Assembly (NCBI GenBank): GCA_004431415.1
Contig: QPMI01000314.1
Coordinates: 1 to 59,907, forward strand
Source of the DNA: Cyanophora paradoxa CCMP329
Taxonomy: Eukaryota; Plantae; Glaucophyta
DNA length: 59,907 nucleotides
Direction of reading: 5' to 3'
Under the pieces are notes generated by a model, which saw nothing but the letters and a program-made list of their open reading frames with translations, did no database searches and was not told the origin of the DNA. Positions 38,195 to 51,208 of this stretch are shown here, piece by piece. The translations under genes were made by a program, and so were the position numbers. Position 1 is the stretch's first letter. Every line of letters starts with the position of its first letter.

Positions 38195-38836
38195 TCAGAG
38201 GATATGTTTGCAGAGGATAGCTGCCCACTCTTCTGTTTCTGTAGCACCGACCTTGAACTCCACAAATTCAAGATCCTTCATTGCTTCCAGCAGGGCCTCT
38301 TGAATAACACTCACGTTTTCCAGCAGCATCCCACTCAAAACAAGCTCTCCTCCAGGCCTCAAACGAGACACGATCTCGCCTGATTTGAGCATGTCTCTCA
38401 CGACGATATCTCTGATATTGCAGACGACGATGTCGAATTGCTTGGACAAAGGAAAATCACCAGCAAGGTACAGATCCAGATTAACGTCGTTCAGGGTTGC
38501 GTTGGCCATTGCAGCGTCCAAAATAGCCTGATTGATATCAGTCCCACAGGCCCTCGCTCTGCCAACTTTGCCGGCGAAGATTGCAAGAATCCCGGTTCCG
38601 GTCCCCAGATCGCAAAGGCTTGCGCCGGGCCGCCGCGCGATGACCTCCTCCAGCAATTCCACGCACATGCGCGTGGTTGTATGTACGTAAGCTCCGGCCC
38701 CCCATACGTAAGCTTGGTTGGTGACCAGATATACAGTTCGGGTGGAGCTGGATTTCGCCTTTGCTGCCTCGAGCTCCAACCGATCGTCGCCGACGACGAT
38801 GCGACAGCAAGTTCCGATCTGCAGCTCCGACAGCAT
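38195..38836 (-). CDS. PrmA-like (ribosomal protein L11) class I SAM methyltransferase, catalytic domain only
   Basis: WGAGAYVHTTTRMC (cf. FGTGxHxTT), DLGTGTGILAI, GTDI, FDIVVCNI, LRPGGELVLSGML and EEWAAI. No intron is visible in the domain; the start is uncertain. Confidence 0.75.
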   Translation of the reverse strand: MLSELQIGTCCRIVVGDDRLELEAAKAKSSSTRTVYLVTNQAYVWGAGAYVHTTTRMCVELLEEVIARRPGASLCDLGTGTGILAIFAGKVGRARACGTDINQAILDAAMANATLNDVNLDLYLAGDFPLSKQFDIVVCNIRDIVVRDMLKSGEIVSRLRPGGELVLSGMLLENVSVIQEALLEAMKDLEFVEFKVGATETEEWAAILCKHIL

Positions 38837-39345
38837 GGCTGCCGGGCTTGCAACAGCGAAGCTGCCACTGCGCGTGCCGGCGACTCGGAGCGCCGCAGGT
38901 AGCTAGGCGATGTTGAGCGCTAAGCAGAACGGCTAGAGAGCTGGGGCAGCGGCAGCTCGGGGCAAGAGCGGGCCTTTGAGAGGGTCAGAGTGGTCTGAGC
39001 GGTCCCAGCGGCGTCTGAGCTGGCAAGAGCGGGCCTCTGAGCGGGCAGAGCGGTCCTCTGAGCGCCGCAGTGAGCGGGCCATGGGGGGTACGTGGCCAGC
39101 TCCAGTTGCCGCATTCTAAGCTAGCCAGGCGCCCGCGACGCCTTGCGGTCGCCTGTAGCTAACGTGTGGAACCTCCGTCGCGCGAGATCCTGCTCCGCCG
39201 CCCAGTTCAACAATCCGATCGCTGTCAAGTTCGGAGGGCAGCACTTAGCTCTGTACGCTAGCTGAAAGTGTTCTATATCGGCTTATAGAAGCGTACGGGC
39301 GTCGCGAAGTCGGCCGTGCCCACGGCTAATCTGGAGTTCTGAACG

Positions 39346-40529
39346 ATGTCGAAACCAAAGCCGAAAAGCGAGCAGCTTCTGGAGGAAACAAAGGCACTGG
39401 AATCACGCCTAGCCGAACTCCGCGCTGCCATGGCTAAGGAGCGGGAAAAGCGCGAGGCGGTGCCGTGCGCTGTGCTGCTAGCGCTCCTGCTGTGCGCGAC
39501 ACTAATGCACAGGAACAGGAGAACGAAAGATGGGGGAGGATTTTGGCGCTCTGGCAGGGACGGAGCTCTCCACTCGCACGCGAAGGAAGTCCTGACAACG
39601 CTCAAGACAAAAACAACTCGCCCAGGTACCGTACGACCGTGGCTGATGCGAGTGCCACAATATCACTTAAATGCCTTGCAGCAGAAATGTCAACCAGAAA
39701 CAACGTCACGATGGGAATGACTGGAAGCTCACAAGGAAGGTGTGTCTGGCATAAACATGGCTTTTCCTGTCCTTAATATTTTTTCGCGACCACAGCGTGT
39801 CCCCCCCGCCACTGCCACCCCGACCGACGCGCTCTGGCGACGGCGAGAAGGAGAATAAGCCATCGCCAGAGCATCCACCAAGGCGAATCGCCGACAGCCC
39901 TCCAGAATGGAACTCTGGGCACTCTTGGGCCGGGCCAGAGGAATCAAACTTTCCAGAGGAGCAGCCTTTCCACATTCTCCCTCCAGACGATCCGCTGCTC
40001 GCGGTGTGCTTGGTCTAGCGGAGCACATACTTTTGGCTGAAGCAGTGCATACAGAACCTGACCGTTCGCCCTGAGGATTTTGGAGCAGCACCGAGCCCAC
40101 CTCCGGCTGGCAGTCTCCTGGATGGAGACGTTGGTTCGTTGATTACTATCCGACGTCACTGTGACCTTCTTTTTTTGAAACCCACTGCAGATGAGGAGGC
40201 CAACAGGAGAGCGGTTTGCTCTCTGCAGCATGCATCATGCCTGCCATTGAATGAACTTTACTGATCAAGAGCTGCAGTTCCAGGAGGCGCTTATGGCATG
40301 GAGGGGGGGAGGGAGCACGAAGTCCTCTCTGGCAGCAGTCGGCCCAAACAGCCACAGCACAGGAGTCAGCGTTGTGGAGGGAAAAGTTATGGATGTGCAG
40401 ACAGAGCCCGTGCAGAAGAAGGTTGTTGAGGTGCGCCTGACAAGAGCCTTCCGACCGGGTGGCAGGGCCCCCGAGAACTCCTACTTCAACAAGCTCCTCC
40501 AGCAGAAGAGGCCTGAATCGGCCACCTGA
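39346..40529 (+). CDS. ZBBX-like ciliary protein (multi-exon, no B-box evident)
   Basis: LEETKALESRLAELRAAMAKEREKRE...FWRSGRDG and DEEANR...FQEALMAWR resemble conserved ZBBX segments as recalled; not verified by search. Confidence 0.5.
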
Positions 40530-40724
40530 TCTACCCCCTCAGCAGGGATGACGGTAGCTCGCTATAGCTACAGTACTAGTAGCCTGCACTACACTCTTCT
40601 AGTTCTAGTAATCTTCTTGTACACGTAGAAGAGCTCTAGCTATAGAGCGAGATCTTCTTGCTCAGCGCACGCCCTCAACGACCAGAAGGCGCGGGTTCGG
40701 CCCTAGCCGCGGTCACTTTCTTCG

Positions 40725-42915
40725 ATGGCGCCCTGGCGCGGAAGGGCTGCCCCGATTCGATGGACGGCGCTTATCTGCCTGCTTCTGGCTGGTCCGGCGC
40801 TTGCCGCTCTCGACGTGCGCCCTGTCCGTCCCCAGCGGCACTGCTGCAGCTGGCGAGCTAACCGGGCCGTCGCTCAGCCCAACGCGGCACAGCTGATGTT
40901 CCAGAAAGCTCAGGGCTTTGCGAACGACCTGAACTACGGCGAGCTACGCGCTCGCGCGCCTCGACGTAGCTAACCTCAGCCGCCTGCAGACGATGCGATC
41001 GATATCTATGAGGAGATTCTGCAGTCTTTCCCAGGCACGCCGAACGTAATGTTCAGTCTGGCCTTCGCGCTGCAGCAGAGCGGCCGGCCCGAGCGGGCCA
41101 TCGCCATCTACAAGGACATCGAGGCCATCCTTAAGGCGACAAGTGCGCCATGCGCCGAGCGCTAGCGCGACGGCAGGCGGATGAGGGCGCCGCAGATTCG
41201 CCGGGCCTGGACGCCGTCTACCTGAACATGGGCCAGATCCTTTACACGCGCTCGAACGTGGAGGGCTCCGTCCGCTATCTGGCGAAGGCCATTATCGCGA
41301 ACCCGAGCAACCAGGACGCGCGCACGAACCTGAAGACCGTCCTCGAGTTTTGGGACGTGCGTGACAAGTACACCCTCAAGCGGGACGAGTCCCTCCGCCA
41401 CGGTGCCCGCCCCCGGCCGCGCGCGCGCCCCGGCGGCAAGCGGACGCGGCGCAGTGAACGAGACCGATGAGGTGTACCCGCTCCGGACGCCGGAGACGGT
41501 CGTCATCGCCCGCCGGCGCTTCCCCGAGTACAAGCCGCAGGCGCTCTCCCCCCCCTCCCCCCCGCCTACCCCCGGGCCTGCGGAGGGGGTGCGGGAGCGA
41601 CGGGGCGGGGACAGGTGTGCGTGGCGGGGCTGACCTGCCGGCGTCTGCATCTCTTCGAGCGGGCGCTGAGCTCCGTGATCCGGTGCGCGGGGCGGGCGGG
41701 GGGCGTCGCGGGCCGCGGGGCGCGAGCGAGGGCGGCAGGCACATGGAGGCGGACGAGCCGAAGGTGAAGTACGAGATCGCGTGGGTGGACAACGGGTCGG
41801 AGCGGCGGCAGCGGGCGGTGCTGAACTCGCGCTACGAGGTCGAGAAGTTCGCGATGTTCGACGCGAACTACGGCCTCTCGTACGGCATCAACGTCGCCTT
41901 CTTCGGCATGTGCCGCGCCAAGTACATGCTTTCCATCGAGGAGGACTGGCCCGCCCCGCCCCGCCCCGCCCCGCCCCGTCCCGCCCCGCTCACCTCCCCC
42001 AGCAGGGAGTGGCGCGCAAACGTGGTGCGCGGCGGCCTGCAGCGCGGCGGCGGGGCGCGGGGGTGACGCGGGGGCGCAGACGGGGCAGGTCATCCGGGCG
42101 GCGATGGACCTTCTCGAGGCGCGCGGGGGTCCGGGCCGGGTCGCCGGGGTGCGGGGCGGGGCCGGCGCTGAGGCGGGGGCCGCCAGGCGGACGAGCGGGT
42201 GGCGAGCGTGAAGCTGCGGAGCGTCGGGACGGACGCGCACCTGCCCCTCAGCGAGCTCAGCGTCAGCCCGCTGATCTCCTTCCGCACCACCGCCGTCCCC
42301 GAGGCCCGCCCCCGCCGCCCCGCCGCCGGCGCCACGGGGGCGCTGACGCCGAGCAGGGGCGGCTGTGGTACCAGCTGCTGTGCCGGGACACGGTCAACGG
42401 GAAGTGGAAGGGCCCCTACAGCAACGGCGGCGTCCTCCTCCACCGCGAGCGCCTCCTCCGCGAGGCGCGCCCCGCCCCTGCCCCCGCGCCGCCACCCGCG
42501 GCCCCCGGGGGCGGCGCCCGAGGCCGGGGCGCAGGTGGGCCCGCAGAAGGAGGACGTGCCGGACTCGGAGGTCGACTACATCGCCGCCGTCGGCAAGAAG
42601 CGCTTCTGCGGCGCCGTCATGCGCCTCGAGCCGGGGTCCGCCCCGCCGCCGCCGCCGCCCCGCCGCCCCGCCGACCCCGCCCCGCCCCAGCTGCGACGGG
42701 CTCCACTGCGGGGCGGCCTTCGACCACATCGGAGACTCGCAGAGGTGCGGCGCGCCGGGCGGCGCCGCGGCGGGGGCCGACGGCGGGGGGTGGGCGGGGG
42801 CAGCCCCGGGCGGTTCGACGTGCCGAACCACGGGGGCAACACGATCGTTTTCCACTCGCCCGAGAACCCCATGCGGCCCCGCGAGGAGCCCGCCCCCGCC
42901 CTCGTCGCCCCCTGA
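40725..42915 (+). CDS. Secreted/luminal TPR + glycosyltransferase family 2-like protein
   Basis: Signal peptide (WTALICLLLAGPALA), TPR helices (VYLNMGQILY...AIIANPSNQDARTNL) and GT-A motifs EIAWVDNGS, NYGLSYGIN and YMLSIEEDW. Confidence 0.7.
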
Positions 42916-42987
42916 CCCCACCCCACCCTCCACCACTCCCTGCTGTACCCCTCTTTCAAACGACTGCCTAGAGCTAGGGGCGAGGGG

Positions 42988-45046
42988 CTAGCGGGGGCCG
43001 AGGGCGGGGGCCTTGCGGGCGGGCCGCTCGACGCCGGCGAGGAGGTTGCTGCGGCGGCCGCCGGGCCCGGCCCCCGCGGCGAGGCTCTCGCGGCCCTCGC
43101 CAGTGAGGGGCGCCTCCTCGTCGGGCTCGCCGTCGGCGGCGCTCAGCGAGCCCGAGGCCGGCGCCGCCGCCTTGGTGTTCGCCAGCACCTCCCGCGTCAC
43201 CCCGTACGCCTTGGCTCGCCGCGCCGCCTGCTGCTTCTTGTTCGGCGACGCCTCCTCCTCGCTCGACGAGCCGTCCAGGATCGGCTTCGGCTTGGTATCG
43301 ATCCCGAGCTTCCGCTTCCGCCGCTTGACGAGCTGCGCGCGCCCCGCTCGGGCCCGGCGGGGCCGGGGCGGGGCGGGGCGGGGCGGGGCGGACGGCGGGG
43401 CGGATGAGGATGAGGTAGACGAAGAGGACGGCCATGGCCCCGCAGGCGCCGCTGATCCCGATGATCAGCGACCAGTTCGGCTTCGCCTCGATGTCTGCGC
43501 CCCCGCGCCGAGCTCAGCCCCCGCCCACCCGCGGCGCCCGCGAGCGCCGCCGCCCCGCACCCTTGATCCAAGTCAGGGTCATCTGCAGCCCGGGGTACGC
43601 CGTCTTGTACACCTGCGGGGGCGTGGGCCCACGTGCGGGGCGGGGCGGTGGCGGCGGGGGCGGACGCGGCCGGTGTGCGGGTCGGTCTTGCGGACGACGA
43701 CGTTGAAGAAGAGGCGCTGGCTCGCCCCGGGGAATGGCGGCGTCGTGATGTTCCCCGCCAGGAACTGCCCGCACGCTCGGACGGTGCGGGGGCGGGGCGG
43801 GGCGGGGCGGAGGCGGGGCGGGCCTTGTAGCTGGTGCTGAGGCCGGCGGCGGCGAGCTGCTCGGCAGTCGTGTTGCTGGGGCCCAGGGGCTCCAGCCGCC
43901 TGAAGTCCACCGTCTTCTGCGGGGGGCGTGAGGGGCCGGGGGCGCGGGGCCGGGGGCGCGGGGCGCGCGGTGGCGATCTTGCGGGACTCGAGGAGCTCGA
44001 TGCCGCAGACGGAGGTCATGATCCCCTTCGAGCGGTCGTAGCCCGCCAGGTCGACGACGTAGACGGCGTACTCGAAGTGAGTGGTGCCGTTGGCGGCCTC
44101 CACGGGGGCCCGCGCGGGGTCCGGGTCGACGGCGAGGGTGAAGAGGATGGAGACGGAGCCGTCCCACTCGTTCTGCGTCCCCGTGAAGTTCGCCCCGGGC
44201 GCCAGCAGCGGGTTGAACATCGGGTACGTCCACCCCGCGCCCCCGTACATGTCCAGCACGGGGTTCCCCTCCCCGTCCTCCGGCGGCCGGTACCCGTTCG
44301 AGTCGATGTAAACGCGCACCGTCGCCGGCGGCTTGGGGCCGGGCGGGGTGGGCGAGGGCGTGGGCGAGGGCGTGGGCGTGGGCCCCGAGGTGGGGACGGC
44401 CTTGGGCGGCACGACGACGGACATGTCCACCGTGAGCGTCTCGTCCCACGCCACCGCGATCCTGCCCCGCCGCCCCCCGCTCGCCCCCGCCCGCACAGCC
44501 CCGCCCCGGCGCGGCGGGGGCGGCGTACCAGTACCGGAGGACGTTGAGGGCGGGGATGTAGATCGTCTTGACGGGCGTGTTGGAGGGGTTCACGATGGTG
44601 GCCCCCGAGACGAGGTTCACCAGGTCGGAGCGCGTCGCCGGGCTCCCCACCAGCAGCGCGCCCCCCGCGCACGTCTCCAGCGTGATGATCGCCTGCCGCC
44701 GCACCTCGGCCCGCGCCGGGCGCCCACGCAGCACAGCGCGGCGCACCGAAGCGAACATCCAGGGCATCATCGTCCCGTTCGGGTAGGCGGTGGTGGCGCC
44801 CAGAACGAGGATTGCGTCCTCAGCTATGGCCCTCTGCACGTACGGCCCGTTGATCGTGATGGGCACGATAGCCCCGGAGTCCGTGTATGCCTGCGGGGAA
44901 GTGAGCTTGATGGAGCTGCGGGGCGCCAGGATTCGCACCGCCCTGCCGAGCTGCGCCGCTGCCAGAAATAGACAGAGCCATATGCAAAAGCACGCCGGCA
45001 CAGGCCACCGAGCCAGCGGCCGAGGCCACGCGGGCCTCGAGCTCAT
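42988..45046 (-). CDS. Type I single-pass membrane protein of unknown function
   Basis: Hydrophobic N-terminus (FCIWLCLFLAAAQL), a PTPTPSPTPSPTP linker, a transmembrane segment LIIGISGACGAMAVLFVYLILI and a basic cytosolic tail KRRKRK. Confidence 0.65.
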
Positions 45047-45465
45047 CTCCAATGCAGCTGCTGACTTAGCTGGCAGCTAGAAGCGCATGCCTGTTGAGAA
45101 CCGAGCGCACCAGCAAGCTAAAGCTAACGCCTGGTCCGCAAGCGGCCAGAATGCTGGACGCACAGCTATCTTCCCCTCGGCGAGGCGAGCAGGCGCAGCA
45201 GACAGGCGGACTGCAGAGCTTCGGTGGACCTATTGCAAGCGACCGGGATAGTGCGGACGTGCCTGCAGAGGCCGTGTGTGGACCAGCTGCGATTTGCACC
45301 TGTACGCCCCTGACGCTTTTTCCCCCCACTTTCGCGCCTTCTCGTCTGGGGACGGCAGCGGCCCAGGAGACCCGCGCACGCGTGCGGCAGTGACGAAGAG
45401 GCTTTGTGCCTGGTCAGAGGCCGCCTTCGATCACCCAGGAGGGCACCCAGCAGAACAACGCAGCG

Positions 45466-48400
45466 ATGGAGCCCGAGGACTACGAGATGGAGAACTACGA
45501 CATGGACGATGAGGCCGTGAGGGAGGCAGAAGAGGAGATGATGCGCGAGCAAGGTGCGGCCGCGCCGTGCGCTTGCAGTTCAAATTGCGGCCGACCCGCC
45601 TCGCGCAGCTGCTGGCCCTGCGGCGAGAGAGGGGAGCATAGATGACGCCAAGAAGCGCCTTTCGTTCGGCGGCATCCAGCGCACGCCGGTCGGAAAGCGC
45701 GGCGAGGCCCAGCAGGAAGCAGGCACGTCGCAAGGCTGCCTTCGCGCACAGCCCGCCGGTGACCGCCGGGCAGGGCCATCAACAGAGAGTGGGAGCGTGC
45801 CAACGCCCAAGCGCGCGCGCATTGACGACAGCGAGACGCGTGCGTCGCTTCTCGGCCGCCAGCTTTTCTTGCGCTTAGCCGTGTTTCCAGAGTCGGCCCC
45901 CGGCGACGCAGAAGCCTTCGCGGCAAACGCAGATGATGCAGAGGACGAAGAGGGCGGTCAAGGAGCATTCTTCGGTCCGCTCCGCGCGGCCGCACGAGGA
46001 CTCGGCCTGACGCGTGCGCAGACGACTACGGGGGGGACGAGGGCGAGGGGGCCGAGGCCGCCGGGGAGAGGGCGGGGGCGGGAGGCGAGGCGGGGGCGGA
46101 GGGTGCGGGAGGCGCGCCCCTTGATGTTGAGCCGGAGGAGGTGCTCGTGGAGGACTGGTTCTCCGACGACGACGAGGGGCCCGCCGGCAGGGAGGCCCCC
46201 GCGGGGTCCGCCCCCCCGAGGCAGCAGCACGACGGCGCCGCGCCTGCCCCGGCGCCGGCAGCGAGCAGGCGGCCGGAACCGACGTACTACATGCGGCGGC
46301 CGCCGCCGACGGGTGCGGGCCGCTCGCGGCGCGGGGCGGCGGGGCGGCGAGCGGCGGTCGGCGGCTGAGTGGCGCGCAGGGGACTTCATGACGGTGACGG
46401 GCGGCCCGTACGGAGAGCGCCTGTACATCCGGCGGTCTACCCCTGGGGAGCTTGCGGAGCGCGCCGCGAGGGTGGGCCGCGCCGCCCGCCCCGCGCGCGA
46501 GGGGCGCGGCTCACGGCGCGCGGGGTCAGGCGCGGGCGGCGGAGGACCGGGCCTCGTTCTCGTCGGAGGCGGCGCTGCGGGAGCTCGAGCGCAAGGCCGA
46601 CGCCATCGTGCGCCCCGCCGGCCTCTCGCCCCCGCCCGCCCCCTGCGACCTTCGCTCCGCGCAGCGCCTCCAGCGGACGCTGAACCGCTCGGTCCGCGAC
46701 GCCGGCCCGCGCGCCGCGGAGGGGAGGTGCCGCCCGCCCCGCCCGCGAGGAGGGAGGATGGGGGCGGCGGGTGATGGCGGGGCGCAGCGGCGAGGCGGGC
46801 CCGTCGGGGCGAAGCGAGGGCCTCTGGGTGCAAAAGTACGCGCCGCGCTGCTTCGCCGATCTCCTCTCCGACGAGGCCCGCCGCCGGCCCCGCCCCGCCC
46901 CGCCCCTTCGGCCGCTGACGGCCGGGCAGGCGACGAACCGCGCGGTGCTGCAGTGGCTCAAGGCCTGGGACCACGTCGTCTTCGGCAAGCCGCGGCCGGC
47001 CCCGCAGCCCCTCCCGGAGCGCCGCCCCGCCGGCAAGCGCGGCGCCCCGGGGCCCTCGGACAAGGGCCCCGCCGCCGCCTTCGGACCCCGGGGCGGGCGC
47101 GCGGGGCCGCAGAAGGGCGGGGGCGAGGACGCGGAGGAGACGCGGCCGAGCCCGCGGGTGATCCTGCTGGCGGGCCCGCCGGGGCTGGGGAAGACGACGC
47201 TGGCGCACGTGGCGGCGCGGCACGCCGGCTACCGCGTCCTCGAGATCAACGCCAGCGACGACCGCACGGGGGAGACCCTCAAGCGCCGCCTCCTCGACGC
47301 CACCGAGATGCGCGCCATGTTCGCCGGCAACCGGTCCGCGCCACCCACCGCGCCGCGCCGCCGGGCCGGGGAGGGCGTGACGGTGGGCGGCAGGCCGAAC
47401 TGCGTTGTGCTGGACGAGATCGACGGGGCGCTGGAGGGGTCGGAGGGCCGGGGCGCCATCAGCATGCTGCTGAAGATCGTGCACGCGGGGGACGGCAAGC
47501 GCCGGGCGCGCCCCGCCGAGGGCGACCCCGACGACGAGGCCCCCGCCGACGAGCCCGACGAGGAGGCCGACGAGGCCGCGGCCGAGGCGCCGCGGCGCGC
47601 CCGCAAGAAGGGCGCCGCGGGGGCCTCCCTCAAGAAGCTCTGCCGCCCCATCATCTGCGTCTGCAACGACCCGTCCGCCCACCTCCTGCCGCCCCGCCCC
47701 GCCCGCTCCGCCCCGCGGCGGGTTGACGGCGGGGCAGGTACGTGCCGGCGCTGCGGCCGCTGCGGATGGAGGCTCAGGTCTTCCACTTCCGGCGGCCGCC
47801 CGTCTCCCGCCTTGCCCGCCGCCTCAAGCTCATCTGCCAGGCCGTCCGCCCCGGCCCCGCCCCGGGCCGGCCGCCTCGCCTGGCTCAGGCGGGGCCGGCG
47901 CAGGAGGGGCTCTCGGTGGACACGCGTGCGCTGACGGCCCTCTGCGAGCTCACCGAGTGCGACGTCCGCACCTGCCTCAACACCCTCCAGGCGCCGCCGC
48001 CCCGCCGCCCCGCCCTTCTCGCTGTCCATCTCACCCCCACGCAGTTCGTGCGCAACCGGCAGGAGCCCTCGATCGCCGTCACCACGCACACCCTCGCCCG
48101 CGGTGCGCCCCCCGCCCGCGGCCAGTGCCCTCCGCGCGGCCTCCCGGGCCGACCGTCGGGCGTGCAGCGGCCGTGGGCCACAAGGACTTTGCCCGCTCCC
48201 ACTTCGCCGTGTGGCAGTCGATCTTCGAGGCGCCGAAGCGCGGCAGCGACGCGTTGGCGGAGCTCGCGCGCGCCGGCTCCGGGCCGAGCGGCGCGGCGCG
48301 GGGCGAGGCGGGGCGGCAGGGGGTGCCGCCGGAGCGGCAGCGGCACTGGCGGGAGATGCAGGAGCGGCTGTACGCGCACGGGGACGCGGAGAAGGTGCTG

Positions 48401-49804
48401 GAGGGCGTGCACGAGAACCTGCACGCCGTCGGCTTCCACGACCCGCTCCTCACGCGCGCCGCCGACGCCCTCGACTGGCTCTGCCTCGGCGACCTCCTCG
48501 CCAAGCGCCACGCCTCGGGCTTCGCCCCCTTCCCGCCCCTCGCCGTCCACTACATCGCCCGCACGCCCGACGCTGCCCGCGTCCGCCTCGCCTTCCCCTC
48601 CGCCATCACCGAGGTCCCGCCCCCGCCCCCTCGCCCCGCGCCCCGCGCGCGGTGCCGGGGCGCGAGCGGGCGGGCGGCAGGCGCGCTTCAAGGCGCGGCA
48701 GAACGGGAACGTGGTGCGGGACTTCGTGCGGGGCGCCGTGTGCGCGGCGACGCAGCCGCCGCCCTTCTCGTCCGCCCTGCTGGACGTCCTCCCCGCCCTC
48801 CTCCGCACCCTCGCCGTCTCCACCAAGAAGGCGCCCCCGCCCGCCCCGCCCCCGCCCCCGCCCCCGCGCGCGCGGCGAGGCGGGGCGGGCGCAGGGGAAT
48901 GCGCAGCTGCTGTCGGGGAAGGAGCGGGAGGAGGTGCGGGAGGCGGCGCTGCGGATGGCGGACTACGGCGTCTCCTTCCGCGCCGGCCACCGCCCCGACG
49001 GCGCCTTCGCCTTCCACATCGAGCCGTCCGCCCGCCCCGCCCCGCCCTCGCTCCGCCCCCGCCCGGCCCCGCCGCGAGCGCGGCGCAGGGCGATCGACGG
49101 GGTGTGCACGTTCGGGGGCCGCTGCGAGGCGAGCGCCGCCTTCGAGGCGATGCCGGACAGCGTCAAGTCCCTCCTCGCCAAGGAGGCCCGCCCCCGCCCG
49201 CCCCGCGCCCCGCCTCCTCACCCGCCCCCGCAGGCCGACGCCGAGGCGAGCCGCCGCGCCGAAGCCGCCGCCGCCGCCCGCGTCAAGGGCGGCCCCGCCC
49301 CCGCCGCCGGCCCGCCGCGGCCGCCGCCCCGTGCGTCCTCCGGAGCCGCCTCCCGCGGCGGCCCTCGCTGACGGCGGCGCGGCAGCTCTGCGGGCGAGGC
49401 GACGCCGCCGACTCGGGGGCGCGAGGCAAACCCGCTCGCCCGCGCGACGGTCCTCACCAAGCGCCCCGCCGCCGCCGCCGGCCTCGCCGCTCCCGCCCCG
49501 CCCCTGCCGCCCCCGGCGAGACCGCCGCGCCGCCCGCTCCCTCGCGGGGTGCGCCTCGCCCGCGCCCTCCGCCGCGCCGTGCGCCGTGGAGGCGGGCGCT
49601 GAGGCGGGCGCAGGCGTGCGGATGGCGGACTGGATGGGGCTCCCGAAGAAGCGGCGGGAGACGGCGGCGGGCCCCGCGGAGGGGCGGGAGGGGAAGGGGA
49701 AGGGGAAGGGGGCCGGGGAGGAGAAGCCCGGCGTGCACTACCGCTTCCACGAGGGCTTCACCAACGCCGTCCGCCGCACCGTCCTCGTCAGGCACCTCCT
49801 CTAG
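45466..49804 (+). CDS. CTF18: Chromosome transmission fidelity protein 18 (RFC-like clamp loader subunit)
   Basis: LWVQKYAPRCFADLLSDE|ATNRAVLQWLKAWD, GPPGLGKTT, EINASDDR, VLDEIDG, RPIICVCND, DVRTCLNTLQ and C-terminal YRFHEGFTNAVRR. Confidence 0.95.
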
Positions 49805-49989
49805 CGCCCCGCCCGCCCCGCCCCGCCGCCGGGCCGCCCCGCCTCGTGCACCCGGGGCGCCTGCTGTCAGACACTGCAGTCCAGTGCAGGCTTGCATTCA
49901 AAAGCACGTCGGCCGGCGCACAAAGCGTGGGGCGGGGCGGGGCGGGGCAGGGGAGGGGGCCCGGGTGGGCGGGGCGGGGCGGGCGGGGG

Positions 49990-50699
49990 CTACGAGGAGG
50001 GCGGCTTGGCGCCGGGCATCTTGGTGAAGAGGCGGTCGCGGCCGAGCCAGCCGGGGCCCCCGTCCGGGCCCTTCTCCTCCGGCGGCGGCGTCCGCTTCTC
50101 CTCGTCCGTGCTCTCCTGCGCGCCCTCGCCCGCCTCAGCGGCCCCGTGTCTGGAGTGCCGCGCGGGCCGCGGCGGGCCTTGATGTACTCGCGCATGACCT
50201 CCATCTTGCCCCGCTCGAGGCCCTCCATCATCTGCCGCGGCGCGGCGTCAGGGCGCGCCCCGGGCCTCAGGGCCCCGCCGCCCGCCCCGCCCCGCGCGGG
50301 CGCTCGCCATCTCGGGAACCATGCCAAGCTCCAGCTGCTCGACGAACTGCTCCTGAGCTGTGATGAATTCGTTCGCAACCGAGGGCATCTCCTTGAACCT
50401 GCGCGCGCCAGCGGCCGGCGCTCGGCGGCGGCGGCGGCGGCCGGCGGGAGCGGGGCGCGCGCGCACAGGGCCTGGATGAACGCTTTGGGCTCCTGGCGGA
50501 GGGAGTGCCGCGCAACTGAGCGAACTCAACTTCGCAAGAACACATATGAGCAAGAAGAGCGCACAGAAGTCCCTGAACGCCTGCGCCTCCTCCGCCTCCA
50601 TCGAGTTCACCACGCGCTTCGCCACCTGCCCCTCCCAGCCTCGGCCCGGCGGCTCGGCGGCCCCAGGCGCCCCCACCCCGCGCGCGCGGCCCTTACCAT
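49990..50699 (-). CDS. Small hypothetical protein (multi-exon)
   Basis: ATG followed directly by a GTAAG donor. Exons VAKRVVNSMEAEEAQAFRDF, FKEMPSVANEFITAQEQFVEQLELG and MMEGLERGKMEVMREYIK; stop at 49990. Confidence 0.45.
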
Positions 50700-51208
50700 A
50701 AGATTAATTGCGTTGAAAAGAACCCTGCGAGGAAGCATCCGCTCAGATCATTCGCGAAACCCTCGCAGCACTTCGCGCCGCCGCAGTTAAAAACCCGAAT
50801 TCGACACCTCCCTTCGAAGCAGCGGGCCGCGCCGCAGAGCCTTCAATGCGTGCGCACGAACCTGCTCGCCTCCCGCTGCGTGCCGGGGTGGGCGTCGACG
50901 GTCAGTGGGCGTCTGGGGGTGGGGGGACCCGGAACACAGTTGAAGCAGCGGCACCTCCAGAGGGAACGGGACCTCCCGATCCGGCATCGCAGCCTGACCA
51001 GATTAGCATCGACCACGATTACTATTCATCGCAACGTTTGAACAGCGCGCTGAGCGCACACCTCTCCATCGGCGCAGCGGACGACGAAGTGCCGATCCGG
51101 GCAGACTGGGCCTCGGCTCGAAGCAAAGAAGCGCTTGTGTGAGCTTGGTCCCCGTGTGCGCGCCAGTTGAACCTCTGCTGCGAAGCCGCCGACCCGCCGC
51201 CCGAACCG

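Noticed and set aside
20026-50790. Many long Arg/Pro/Gly/Ala-rich overlapping ORFs in the six-frame track
   Set aside because: These arise from stop-codon scarcity in very GC-rich DNA and from read-through of introns; they lack family motifs.
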